A stretch of 64,000 bases of DNA from Lama guanicoe. Taxonomy: Eukaryota. Location of the stretch: positions 2,427,793 to 2,491,792 of the forward strand of contig MU053493.1 in assembly GCA_013239625.1 (NCBI GenBank), in the 5' to 3' direction. The translations under genes and the position numbers were made by a program. This document shows positions 13,401 through 25,213 of this stretch, in pieces. The first letter of the stretch is position 1. Every line of letters begins with the position of its first letter. A model generated the notes under the pieces. The model saw only the letters and a program-made list of their open reading frames with translations. It made no database searches and had not been told where the DNA came from.

Positions 13401-15589
13401 ACATGGGGCCTCCAGACACAGCCAAAGTCTTTCTCCAGCCCATCTAGACAGGGATCTCAGAAGCATATTTTTGGCATCAAAAACGTTGAAATTCTTGGTG
13501 AGTGAAGGGGTCAAGCTGCCTTGCATTTCTAACCCAGTTCCTCTAGCTCACGCTGGGCAGAAAAGGACGTTTGGTCCCCAAGTCCAGTTTAATCAGCCAC
13601 TACGCAGACTTCCCACAGTGCAGACAGCCTTGCTGAACATCAAGAAATACTTAAAAAACCAATTCCAGCCTCATTATTCTCCACAAATGTCAGAGATTCT
13701 TAGTTACATAAATGGTAACATCCTTAAAGTACTTAGTATAGTGCCACAGAAGGTACACGAGAAATGGGGGGGGGGAGCATAAAGTCAGGCTTTAGACGAT
13801 GGTTCTCTTTACAATTCAACTCTATGAAAAGATCAAACTTCTCTTAATCAAGAAATGCCGGTATATCATACATAAATATCAATTAAGATTTCACAGTAAA
13901 ATACCATATATTTTGCAACCTGAAGCTATCGAAACTAGAAAAAAGCATTCTGCAAATCAAACCCTATCCTTTCCCTCCATCCCCGACACGGAAATGGTTG
14001 AAGTCACTTTTGTTTTCAAGTCTTGTTGTATAAGATTGTTTGTTTTTGGACAAAGAGTATTTATTCAATCTTTTAAGAATTGTAATTAAAATTTCCTTAT
14101 GAGCAAATGCTTTTTTTTTTAATTGCGGAACTATTATTTTTTTTAATTTTAAAAGGTGGCTGTGGAAGATGCTCCACATTATCTTTACCAGTCTCCCCAT
14201 TTAATAAGATGTGCAACCAACATGACTTGCCTAGAACCAGGTATAGTATCTTTCTCAGATCTACTCCCAGAGATATTCAAATGCACCAAGACCTTTTCTC
14301 TGTTCTCATTTGTCACATTTCATCAAGCCTGCCATATATAATTTAAATGCCAGATTACATACGGATTTGTCGAAGATCTAAGACACCTGATTACCATTTT
14401 AGTTTATTTTACTTTTACCGTGGTTTAAAAAATAATGAAATCAAGCGAGAAATTTCACCTTTGAGAATACTGTGCTTTTAAAACTACATTAATAAAAATA
14501 TTTCAATGAATAGTAGTATCCTCTAAAAATTTTCAATAATATTTATATCTAAATTGAGCAGTATGATGTATTTTTATGTATCTCCTTTTCACTAAAGAAT
14601 CGAGAGAAAGTTTTGTCATTTATAAAAATAAAGATTGTCACAAATTAAAAACACGTCTCCATTCCTATGGTTTATTTTTGAGGAGATGCTCTGATAAGAA
14701 GTAGAAAGCATGAAGCATAATATCAGAGAGTTGCCTCTTTAACAATGAAGAATTTATCCACTGAACACCAAAAACATCAAATTATATCAAAACTTCAATG
14801 CTTACATATGGAGGTGGTTATAGCGCCTTAGATCAATTATATGGGAAGAAATATAAGCAAATTTGTGACTCATTTAGAATCACAATAAAGTTAATCAAGA
14901 ATCTCTTTCAATTGCACAAGTTATTTCTGACTGTCTAATGCAAACCGAACCGGAAACTTAAAAACCACAAACTTAAAAGACAACTTCCTGTGGGATTTTT
15001 GGTGTCTGCGGCTCAGAATGGAAAAAAAAAACAAAACCCAGTATATGTGCAAAATCTCTATTAATCTTAGAACCATTTAGTAAAACAGCTCTGACTAAAT
15101 GAACAACTAAATCCATATGCATATTTTGTATACGTATTTTTATATTTCTGTTACAAAAAATGTCCTTAGAAAAGCATATTATTTTTAGTTTGATCTGTGA
15201 GTTTACGCATGAAATACAAAGGGGAAGTATTACAGCACTGTGGGAGAATATGAGACAATTTTGATGAGACAGAAAGGAATATACATAAAAGATACCAGAA
15301 TTAGGAGAACTTTATCAGAGCATTCTAACGATGACATAAAATAAATAATCCCAATCTCAGTCTCATGCCATATCTTTAAACTTTCTATAAAATGTCTCAG
15401 AAGTTTCCTCTGCCCATAAAGTTGTTTAAATAAGGAAGAGCTTTTTAAGGCTCATAAAGTGTCTCGATTTCAAAACTAAAAAGAAAACAAAAACCAAAAG
15501 ACCATTTTAGAGGGGCAGTATAGGATGACAACTGTCAGTCTATTTTTATTTATTTTTAAACTTTTTTTTATTGAGTTATAGTCATTTAA

Positions 15590-15704
15590 TTTATTTTTTA
15601 ATTAATTATTTTATTCATTTATTTATAGGTTGGTTCCGGGGATTGAACCCAGGACCTCTCGTGTGCTAAGCATGTGTACTACCATTGAGCTATACCCACC
15701 CCCC
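15590..15704 (-). mobile_element. tRNA-Ala-derived SINE (Vic-1-like)
   Basis: Reverse complement of the GGGTATAGCTCA...GAGGTCCTGGGTTCAATCCCC head plus an AT-rich tail. Confidence 0.88.
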
Positions 15705-15878
15705 AGTCTTAATTTATTTTGCAAAGTAAAGACACTTAAAGACAAACCTTATGAATTGGACACTTAAAGATGGTTAAAATAGTAAATTTTATATGATACA
15801 CGTTTTGCCACAGTGAAAACAAAAACCGAAAGAATGTTACCATCACCGTCATGTAATTTTAAAAAGGACATATAAACA

Positions 15879-15996
15879 GGGGGGAGGGTATAGCTCAAGT
15901 AGTAGAGTGTACGCTTAGCATGCATGAGGTCCTGGGTTCAATCGCCAATACCTCCTCTAAAAACAAATAAGACTAATTACCTCCCCCTGCCAAACA
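15879..15996 (+). mobile_element. tRNA-Ala-derived SINE (Vic-1-like)
   Basis: ggggagggtatagctcaagtagtagag...gaggtcctgggttcaatc...taattacctcccc. Confidence 0.9.
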
Positions 15997-16487
15997 AGTC
16001 GTGGTGGAGCCATCCTTCCTCTGAGTGGGGCCAGGTGGAGCCTTCTCTTTCAGGAACCTGAGTGTCACATGACCAGGGAGACTGGAAGCTCATAATTCCA
16101 TGGAAGCCATGACTTCAGCCAGACTGGATATCCAACCCCTGACTCACCTCTGACAACGGCTGGCCTCTCCTTCACAACTCCTGTGTCCCATCTTCCCTCA
16201 AAAACCCCCTCGGCAGCCCAAGCAAGTAATTCATAGAGAAAATAGAAACTCAGGAATGGTAACACCCTTCCCTCCCTGCCAAATCTGACACCCCCACCCA
16301 GAACAGCTGCCCTCCTCCTCTCTCCCTCCCGCTGGGCTGTGAATCCCCTCTGGGAGGCTATCTGACCATCTTCTTTGTCCTCTCTCAACTAAAGGAGTCT
16401 AGTCTCAGAATTCAAGCTTCCTCTAGGATCTCCCCTCTTAAAAATAGAGGGAAGCAAAAGAACAAAACCAAGAAACCCTGACCCTAC

Positions 16488-17648
16488 TCAGGCTGCCATG
16501 GCCACCAGTGCCGCTGCACAGCCCAGGGCTCGGAACGGCCTTGTACGTGGGGTTTCATGCTTTGCAGGGTTGCCTTGAATCTTAACGATTTTTGCTTTGG
16601 ATGTGTGTTTTGTAAGTGAAGGTCAATGGGACAATGGCACGTGCACTGGGGACCTGGGGCCTCAGCTCCCACGTCTCCTGTGGCCCGGTCCCGTCTCCTA
16701 TGGCCTCCCTGGAGGGGTTCTAGGCTGTCCACTCCCACAGCTCCTGCAGCCCAGCCTGTGCACCACATACCACCCTCCCGCTCCCACTCCACTGCCCTCT
16801 GTCCCTAGCAGGGATCCAGATGAAGGCTGGGTACCCCCAGCATCTTGGGCAGAGCAAGAGCCCCAGGCAGGCAGCAGCACCTCCCCTCTGGTGGGTGCCT
16901 GGTTGGACCATACCCTGGAGTGGGTGAGCCTCTCTCTCAGCCCTCATTCAGGTACCAAGCTTTCCCAGCATGGAGGTTTCAGCATCCTTGCTGGCTGCGG
17001 TTTGCTGGGGGCTGGAGCAGCAGGCCAGCGGCTCCACTTTCCCAGACCCCGTGCCCAGCAGGGTGGTTAGGTCAGGCGGCTTATGAGAAGAGGGTCCAGG
17101 CCCAGCAGGCAAGTGGGACTCCTAGGGCCCTGCAGGGTCTGTTCTGGCTGCGATTATCCCCAGGCCCAGGGGTGCTCCGAGTGTTGGTCCCTCCGTGGGA
17201 ACCTTGGAGGGTTCTCCTCCCAACCTTTCTGAGTCTGCCTGTGCTCATCTCTTTCGGCTTGGCTGAGGGACAAACTCCAGGCACAAGCCACAAAACAGGA
17301 ACTGTATAATTTAAGTAGTACCTCATATGAGTTAAATAGTCTGATCTTCGTATTTAGAGCTAGCCCGATACAAAGAGACATGATAAGGGAAGAAGGGTAG
17401 AGCTCAAGTGGGAGAGCGCATGCTCGGCACGCACGAGGTCCGAAATTCAATCCCCAGTACCTCCATTACAAATAAATAGATAAATAAACCTAAGTACCTA
17501 CCGCCCAAGAAAACAAGAACAAAATAAATTTTGAAAGGCTGCATGATAAAATTATATGTACCTTTAATGATTCTTTTCTCTGCGTTTTGAACAAAAGTCC
17601 CACATTTTCATTTTGTTCTGTATCCTACAAGTTATATAGTCACCTTCG
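16488..17648 (+). mobile_element. MER45-family (hAT-Tip100) DNA transposon fossil with GC-rich interior, interrupted by a SINE
   Basis: The 5' part (gcacagcccagggctcggaacggcc...gtgttttgtaagtgaaggtcaatgggacaatgg) and the 3' end (ttttgaacaaaagtcccacattttcattttg...caagttatatagtc) resemble recalled MER45 termini. Confidence 0.7.
17387..17528 (+). mobile_element. tRNA-Ala-derived SINE (Vic-1-like), diverged
   Basis: agggtagagctcaagtgggagagcgcatgctcggcacgcacgaggtcc...aataaacctaagtacct. Confidence 0.85.
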
Positions 17649-17933
17649 CCTCCATCCCTCCCTCCGGAGTGTTCCATCACCCCTCTGTCACCTGGAGGTC
17701 TCTCTGTTGTCAGTGCCTGCCCAGGTCTCTTGGCGTTTTTTCTTTTCCCCCTGAATTTCATAACTAATACAGGCGGGCATTCCTTTATAAAAGACTCAAG
17801 CAATAGATTTTTTTTAAAAGCCCAACTGAACCACATTCCCCACACCAGTACCAAGGAATACTAGTATTTAAATTTAACTAAAGAGTATATGCCAGGTTAC
17901 TTTCTGAGTATTTATTTACACATATATATGGAA

Positions 17934-17956
17934 AGAGAGAGAGAGAGAGAGAGAGA
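17934..17956. repeat. (GA)n microsatellite
   Basis: agagagagagagagagagagaga. Confidence 0.9.
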
Positions 17957-18169
17957 TAGAAACGTGTAGATATATATAGTAACACTTTTTTTAACAAATG
18001 ATATAGACTATATTTACCATTTTATAATTTATTTTTTCACTTAATTTCATCTTGGAGATTATGTCAAATGAATGTATTTAAATGCATTTTTAAAACTTTA
18101 TTAAATAGTATCATATTGCACATATCCTTCCACAACTTGCTTTTGTGCCCTAAGATTATATTTCTAAGA

Positions 18170-18322
18170 TTTTTTTTAAAACATCTTTATTGTGGTATAA
18201 TTCCTGTACATTAAAATACACATATGTCAGATGTACAGTGTGATGAATTTTGACAGATGTCTATACACCTATGAAACCACCACCACAATCAAGATACCTA
18301 ACATTTCCATCACTCCCCAAGA
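18170..18322 (-). mobile_element. L1 3' terminus, variant tail type
   Basis: poly-T then acatctttattgtggtataattcctgtacattaaa...aatcaagatacctaacatttccatcactccccaaga. Same tail as the copies at 22.9, 26.0 and 58.5 kb. Confidence 0.8.
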
Positions 18323-19675
18323 TCGACCTCATGATTTTTAAATGACTATCTAGTATTTATGATATGGATGTACTGTAGTTTATCTAAGATGATTTAGATA
18401 TCATCATGTTGCAATGAAAATCCTCATTTATGCCTTTCTGTGCACATATGCATGTATTTCTCTAGAAGTGATACCCAAATAGATTTTTTTGGTTGAAGTA
18501 TGTGCTTATTTAAAATAAAGTCTTAAAACTGATACTGTCAACTTGTCAACCAAGAATATCGGGTCATCCCATTCTGTTTCCTCCACCTTGATAATATTAA
18601 TCTTGTACATTTTTGCCCATCTGGTAGACAAAATATTATCTGCCTGTTAATTTCATTTACCTCTTTTTTCCCGTTAGGGTATTTCTCTTATTGCTTTGTG
18701 GAAGTTCTTTAACTACTCTTTTATATTTAATGCACTCTAACTCTTTTTAGTCTGCTGCTTGTGTGTGAAATAAAATTTATTTTGGAATATTTCTGGCTTT
18801 ACAGGAAAGTTGGAAAAATAGTACAAAGAGTTCCTTTACATCCTTCACCCAGCTTCCCCTAATGTCAACATTTTATATAACTATGGTAGATTTGTTAAAA
18901 ACTAAAAAATTAACATTGTTACAACATTATTAACAAAAGTACATCAAATTCTGCCAATTTTAACTCTTTAATTTCTCTGATATTCATCCACTTTGCCAAG
19001 CCTCCTTTTTTTCAAATTTTATGAAAACTGTTTTGGACATGTTCATTTTAAGCCTCTAGACTTTTCTTAAATTCAAGCTTCTGTACATGACTATGAATGA
19101 GGCAGAGTATAAATTAAATCGTCACAGAGGACAACACACAGGGTATGCCTAGAGTTTCACAGTTCTTGTTATAGTCAAAGAACTTTCTTTCTCAGACTTA
19201 CTTTTGCAGAAGAACTGCTGTAAGATATTTCATCAGCCTCGAACAACATCTGAAGGTTAGATGAAATCTTACCTAAACAGTCTGGTCCCCCAAAGAATAA
19301 TGTTTGGATTTTTTAAAAATAGTTTATGCATGTATATGTGATAAAACCTTTACAGTAGTAGTTTCTGAAAATAAATAATAAACATAAAATATAGAAAAGT
19401 TAGTGGAGCTCCACTGGAAAAGAGGTAAATATATTTTTAGATTTAAAATAATTTTTAAAAGGTAATAACACATATACATATATTTGCAAATGAAACACTG
19501 GAAAGAAAACAGAACAAATAAAAGGAATTGCCTTTGGAGGAAGGAGAGGACACTGATCATATGAGACTTTATAATATACTTTTGACTTTGGGAATATAAA
19601 AATGTTTTACATATTAAACAAGTGAAATCAAGAAGAAAAGAGAAATCTGTAAAAACTGAAAACAAATTGCAATGA

Positions 19676-19918
19676 TGGAGTGGTGAGGGATAAACTGGGA
19701 GGTTGAGATTTGCAGATATTAACTACTGTATATAAAACAGATAAACAACAAGTTTATATTGCATAGCACAGGGAACTATATTCAATATCTTGTAGTAACC
19801 TATAATGAAAAGAATATGAAAATGAATATATGTATATGTAGGTATGACTGAAACATTATGCTGTACACCAGAAATGGACACATTATAATGGACTGAATTT
19901 CAATTAAAAAAAAGAAAA
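19676..19918 (+). mobile_element. Young L1 3' fragment
   Basis: gggataaactgggaggttgagatttgcaga...tagcacagggaactatattcaatatc...poly-A. TSD-like flanks aaattgcaatga / aaactgcagtga. Confidence 0.88.
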
Positions 19919-20578
19919 AAACTGCAGTGAGAAAATATACATTAATTTGATGGCCTAACCATACAAAGAAAAGAATTCTTTCCAATGACTTACACAAAGT
20001 ACTTTGACTGTATGTTCTTAGTATAATATCTTCTAGGGAAAACAGTACTGCAAAGAAATCCTAAATTTCAGTCAGTAGTCTGTTAGTACTAATATCAGCA
20101 CTATTACTTTGAAACTTTTATCTATGTATGTGTGTATTAACTCATATAAAACTGATACATGTTCATTAGTGTATTAACTAACATATAATAATTAGCTGTT
20201 ATATATAAGTATATTAACTAATATGTTATATTTAATATAGATTAGCATTATTAACATACAATAATTTATATTAGCATTATTATGTGTATAATAGTTTCAA
20301 AGTTAAATGTAAATATACAATGATTTCAAAGTAATAATGTTCATATGACATATATTAGTATATGCTAATAATACTAAAATTATAGTATATATTTTTACAT
20401 TAGTTATATATAAGTTAATACATCAACATACATTAGTGTATGTTAACATTGTTAGGATTGAAAATTTCCATTTAAGAGAAAAGAGAAAAAAGTATAAAAT
20501 CAAAGAAGTTAAATAAAAATTTTGCAATTCTAATTTAAGTTAAAAATCAGTATAACTTACATTTAAAAACATATTTAC

Positions 20579-20700
20579 AGGGGGAAGTTACAGTTCAGTG
20601 TTAGAGGACATGCCCGGCATGCACAAGGTCCTGGGTTCAATCCCCAGTACCTCCATCAAAAAATAAATAAGTAAACCTAATTACCTACCCCCCCCCAAAA
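20579..20700 (+). mobile_element. tRNA-Ala-derived SINE (Vic-1-like)
   Basis: gcatgcacaaggtcctgggttcaatccccagtacctcca...aaacctaattacctacccc. Confidence 0.85.
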
Positions 20701-20739
20701 TTAAGAGAAAACAAATCATGTATATGTATATATATAACG

Positions 20740-21015
20740 TTTCAGGACCCCTGGAGATATGCGGGACTCAAGTCCCTTATATAAAATAGCATAGTATTTG
20801 CATATAACCTGTGCACATCTTCCCATACACTTTAAATCATCCCTGAATTACTTATAATACCTAATACAATGTAAACACTATGTAAGCAGTTGCCAGTGTG
20901 CAGCAAATTCAAGTTTTGCTTTTGGAATTTACTGGAATTTTTTTCCCAAGTGTTTTCAACCTGTCATTGGTTGAATCCATAGAGGCAGAACCGAGGGATA
21001 TGGAGGGCTGACTGT
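20740..21015 (+). mobile_element. MER2-like (Tigger) DNA transposon fossil
   Basis: ctcaagtcccttatataaaatagcatagtatttgcatataacct...ttggttgaatcc...gatatggagggctgactg. Confidence 0.8.
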
Positions 21016-21332
21016 GTCTGCATGGTTCCTAGCTCTTGCCAGGGAATGGACTAGAAATAATAAAAACTCCCTATCAATGAGCCCAACCAGTGCCCATACT
21101 GGAGCCTCCAGCCAGGAATGTCTGATCACAGGTCTGAAGCAAGAAGTACACAAGACAGTCCTGGGATATGTTGTGCCAGGAAGCAAGGAAGTTCTCAAAG
21201 AAAAGTTGATCAAAGTGTTACAGAAGCCAACAACAAGTAGTTCCCATGGGCCAGAGATGAAACAATTTGAGCCTCAGACAAATGCAAGTGATGGAATCAC
21301 CCTGGATACCGAAAACCCATGAATTCCTAATA

Positions 21333-21795
21333 CAGGCAGACTTTGTTTTAGTGCACTTTGCAGGTATTGCATTTTTTATCAATTGAAGGTTTGTGATACC
21401 CTGTGTTGTCAGATAATGATTAGCATTTTTTAACAATCAAATATTTTTTAATTGAGGTATGGACATTGTTTCTTCAGACATAACACTATTGCATACTTAA
21501 CAGACTACAGTAGGGGGAGGGTATAGCTCAACTGGTAGAGCCCATACTTAGCATGCACGAGGTCCTGGGTTCAATCCCTAGTACCTCCGTTGAGAAACCA
21601 AATAAATAAACCTAATTACCTACACCTCTGTAAAAACAATTTCTTTAAATGTTTAAAAAGCAGACTCCAGTATAGTGTAAACAGAAATTTTATATGCCCT
21701 GGGAAATGGAAAAATTCATCAACCTGCTGTATTGTGATATTTACTTTACTGCAGTGGTCTGGATTGGAACCTTTGATATCTCCGAGGTAGGGCTG
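21333..21795 (+). mobile_element. Internally deleted Tigger1 element, TA-flanked, with nested SINE
   Basis: ta|caggcagactt...aattgaaggtttgtg ... gtggtctggattggaacc...atatctccgaggtagggctg|ta. Both termini resemble Tigger1. Confidence 0.85.
21513..21660 (+). mobile_element. tRNA-Ala-derived SINE nested in Tigger1
   Basis: Full tRNA-like head. TSD cagactacagta (21501-21512) / cagactccagta (21661-21672). Confidence 0.92.
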
Positions 21796-22619
21796 TAATA
21801 TCATAAAAGAGAGTAAACAAACAAGAAAGCGCCAAACAACTACTGACTGGGCAGTTCTGGATCTGACTTGGGCACCGACTCCTTATTCCATAAGCTGTCA
21901 ATTAAAAAGAAAGGATATATTCTGTGTGAACGCTATTGCAGATAATCCAGTAACTCTAATTGATGAGGGAGAGTTCCTTATAAAGGAAACTCCAGCTAAT
22001 AAATCTGGAAGTCTGGAAGGAATGACAGAATTAGGAAATCATCATCATATAACACTGAAATAACAGATCCAGGCAATGATCATCAAAGGACCAGCCCAAA
22101 TCATTAAAAGCAACACAAGCGAACGCTTATGCCTCCTGGGTGATGCGACTGGAAGCACACAGTACTGTCTTCAAAGGACACCCACCTGACCACAAAGTCA
22201 GACCTGGATGGAATTCAGCCCATAGTTCAACTTTCATAAACAGAAATACAGGAGCTGGAGATGCAGGTTAAATGACTTCACAAGCAAGCAAACAGAAAAA
22301 TATAGAATGTGGCAGGTTCTGTAGGGGAAAACTGACCCAGTTGTCAAAACAAATCAATAGAAAAAGAAAAAAGCAAAGCAAGTTGGGACCACTATGAACC
22401 TTCTGTGGATGGACTCCTTTTCAAATCTACTCACTGTAAGAAGAACATTTTTGAGACAACTGGGGACATTTAATTATGGGCTGAGTATTAGACGATACCA
22501 AGATGTGACAATCGCATTGTGCCTACGTACATAAGGTATCCTTCCTTAGGAGATGCATATGGAAACACCTAGAGACGAAATAGAGCAGTGTTTGGGACTT
22601 GCTTAAAATTTTCAGTGAA

Positions 22620-23073
22620 TTCGACAGATGACTGGATAAAGAAGATGTGGTATCTATACACAATGGAATACTACTCAGTCATAAAAATTAAATAATGTCA
22701 TTTGTAACAACATGGATGGACCTGGAGACCGTCATTCTAAGTGAAGTCAGCCAGAAAGAGAAAGACAAATACCATATGTTATCACTTACATGTGGAATCT
22801 TAAAAAAGTACACAAATGAACTTATCTGCAAAACAGAAACAGACTCACAAACATAGAGAATAAACTTATGGTTACCAGGGGGCAAAGAGGGTTGGAAGGG
22901 ATAAATTGGGAGTTGGAAAGTTGCACCTCTTGGGAGGTGATGGAAATGTTAGGTATCTTGATTGTGGTGGTGGTTTCATGGGTATATATATCTATCAAAA
23001 TTCACCAAATTATACATCTGAAATATGTGTAGTTTAGTGTACAGGAATCATACCACAATAAAGGTGTTAAAAA
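22620..23073 (+). mobile_element. L1 3' end with variant tail
   Basis: gacagatgactggataaagaagatgtgg...gggataaattgggagtt, then gcacctcttgggaggtgatggaaatgttaggtatc...accacaataaaggtgttaaaaa. Confidence 0.88.
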
Positions 23074-23189
23074 TTACACCAGTAAGTGAAGAGAAAAATT
23101 TTTAAATAGAGGCAGGAAATGAAGCAAAATATTGAAAATTGTTGAATCTAGGTAATAGGTTTAATGTATTAGTCTTTCTACTTTAGGGT

Positions 23190-23790
23190 ACGCAGTGGAG
23201 TCTTTTTATTCCCACCTCCTGAATCTGGGCAGCAATGTCACTTGTTTTAAGGGGCAAACATGACACAGGCAGAGTCCTGAAACACACCTGGGCACTGGGG
23301 CTTGGTCTCTCTTGCTGCTGAGAACCCTGTGACCACCAGGGTCAGATCAGCCTGCTGGAGGGGTCCCCTGGAAAAGAACTGAGCTGCTCTCTCTGGCTGA
23401 GAGTCTGCCAACCTCCAGACACATGAGCAAGGAAATTCGAGGACACCTAGCCCCAGCCAAGCCACAGACGGACAGCATCGGCTTGCCTGAGCCCAGGCAA
23501 GTCTAGCAAAAGAACCACTCAGCTGATCTGAGCCCAAACTGCCAGCCAGCCCCTAGAACCACAATTGTTTTTAAAGATGCTAAGTAGAGGGGAGGGTAGA
23601 GCTCACTGGTAGAGCACATGCTTAGCATGTACAAGGTCCTGAGTTCAATCCCCAGCGCCTTCAGTTAAATAAATAAACAAACACATAAATAAACCTAATT
23701 TACCCCCCAAAACAAATAAACAAACCAAAAAACAAATAAAAGATGCTAAGTAGTGGGGTGGTTTGTTACACAGCAAGGACAAACTAATAT
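23190..23790 (+). mobile_element. MaLR (MLT1-like) LTR with nested SINE
   Basis: cccacctcctgaatctgggc...gagcccaaactgccagcc...tggggtggtttgttacacagcaa...aactaata (MLT1-type 3' end). Confidence 0.7.
23588..23738 (+). mobile_element. tRNA-Ala-derived SINE (Vic-1-like)
   Basis: Perfect 15-bp TSD aaagatgctaagtag (23573-23587 / 23739-23753). Confidence 0.94.
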
Positions 23791-24467
23791 GCAAGGCTGA
23801 ATCTACAGGAGTAGCACACAAACACAGGCCAGAGTGTCGTCTTAGCACTTCAGGGTATGTGGCCTATACTCAGTAAGCGTATCCGAAAGGGAGCTCCACA
23901 TCGCTAGAGACTGCTACATGTGGAAACTGCTCTGAAGGCAACAGAGGCTTACGTAGGTAGACCGCCTCCTTTTGTATGTACAGTCAGGGCTATAAAACCA
24001 AGGAGTCACCCCCTGATAGAGGCAGGGATGGCCGACAGACTATGCAGAACCTTTCTTTTTTCTTCCAAGGACCAAAAAGGCCTAGCTCCGCCCCTGGTCA
24101 CCCACGACCAGACACTACAGACATAGCCTTTGGGATTGCTGCAGACAGCCCCACGTCTCTTCTCTGACACAGTTCTGCAACCCATGCAGCCAGTGCACGA
24201 AGAAAGTCTCGCTGTGACAGTCTCCCACCCTCTGTAAGGGCCAGAGCGGGGGCTACACCAGCACCCATGAACACACCTGGACACTTTCCAACAGGGCAGA
24301 CTTCATCCTAGGGGCTCTAAGAACAAATAATGTTTCCTTTTTAAGATACATGTTCCCCATCAGATGCTGGACTCAGACATAAGGGTTAATCAGAGTGTGT
24401 CTAGACAGCTACAGAAAAACTATACAAAAGTCATAGAGGTGCATATGGATGTCTTAGCTAAGGGAAT

Positions 24468-24783
24468 TTTTTTTGAAGTATAGTCAGTTACAATGTGTCA
24501 ATGTCTGGTGTACAGCATAACGTCCCAGTCATGCATATATATACATACATTTGTTTTCAGATTCTTTTTCATTAAAGGTTATTACATGATACTGAATATA
24601 GTCCCCTGTGCTATACAGAAGAAATTTGGTTTTTTTTTTTTTATCTATTTGTATATGTAGTGGCTAACATTTGCAAATCTCAAACTCCCAAATTTATCCT
24701 TCTGACCTCCTCTCCCCTGGTAACCATAAGACTGTTTACTATGTCTGCAAGTCTGTTTCTGTTTTGTAGATGAGTTCATTAGT
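24468..24783 (-). mobile_element. Young L1 3' fragment
   Basis: poly-T then gaagtatagtcagttacaatgtgtcaa... TSD ttagctaaggga on both sides. Confidence 0.9.
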
Positions 24784-25145
24784 ATTAGCTAAGGGATTTT
24801 TTTACCAAAAGAATATATTAAAGGATTTTTAAAAATGAATGATCAATTTAGTAGAATCACATAACTTTAAAATAATCTGCAGAAGGATTGTATAATTCAT
24901 CTTAGTATCATTAGCAAAATACTGTAGAAGTACTTGTAGAAGAAAAAGTCAAGATAGTTAAATATTTCACCGTAATACTAGCTATTTATTTAGAAAGATC
25001 TGAAGATACCTTAAATTCTGAGGACTATGGCTATTTTCAGTAATTAGAATTACCGTCTGCACAAACACCACTCACATTTACATGCTAATTTACCCAATCT
25101 TTTCATTTATATTTGACAAGTGCAGTATAACGTTTTGTAAGTACA

Positions 25146-25213
25146 TTTTTTGTTTGTTTGGGGGGATAATTAGGTTTCTGTATTTATTTAATGGAGGTAC
25201 TGGGGAATGAACG
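25146..25213 (-). mobile_element. 5'-truncated tRNA-Ala-derived SINE
   Basis: gggggataattaggttt...atggaggtactggggaatgaac, flanked by gtacat repeats. Confidence 0.78.

Noticed and set aside
11919..13447. Long overlapping ORFs (up to 303 aa) on both strands
   Set aside because: Low-complexity Arg/Gly/Pro/Ala translations, expected from stop-codon scarcity in a CpG island. Only MSARAAAAK is a recognisable coding segment.
16484..17326. Cluster of 75-157 aa ORFs in GC-rich sequence
   Set aside because: Falls within a MER45-like transposon fossil, with no recognisable protein similarity.
19203..19233. Frame reading MKYLTAVLLQ, loosely reminiscent of a long ZO-1 isoform N-terminus
   Set aside because: The similarity is short, does not extend and relies on memory. 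Treated as coincidence.
20120..20450. AT-rich quasi-repetitive tract
   Set aside because: Degenerate TA-rich low-complexity expansion within old L1 sequence, with no regular repeat-spacer structure.
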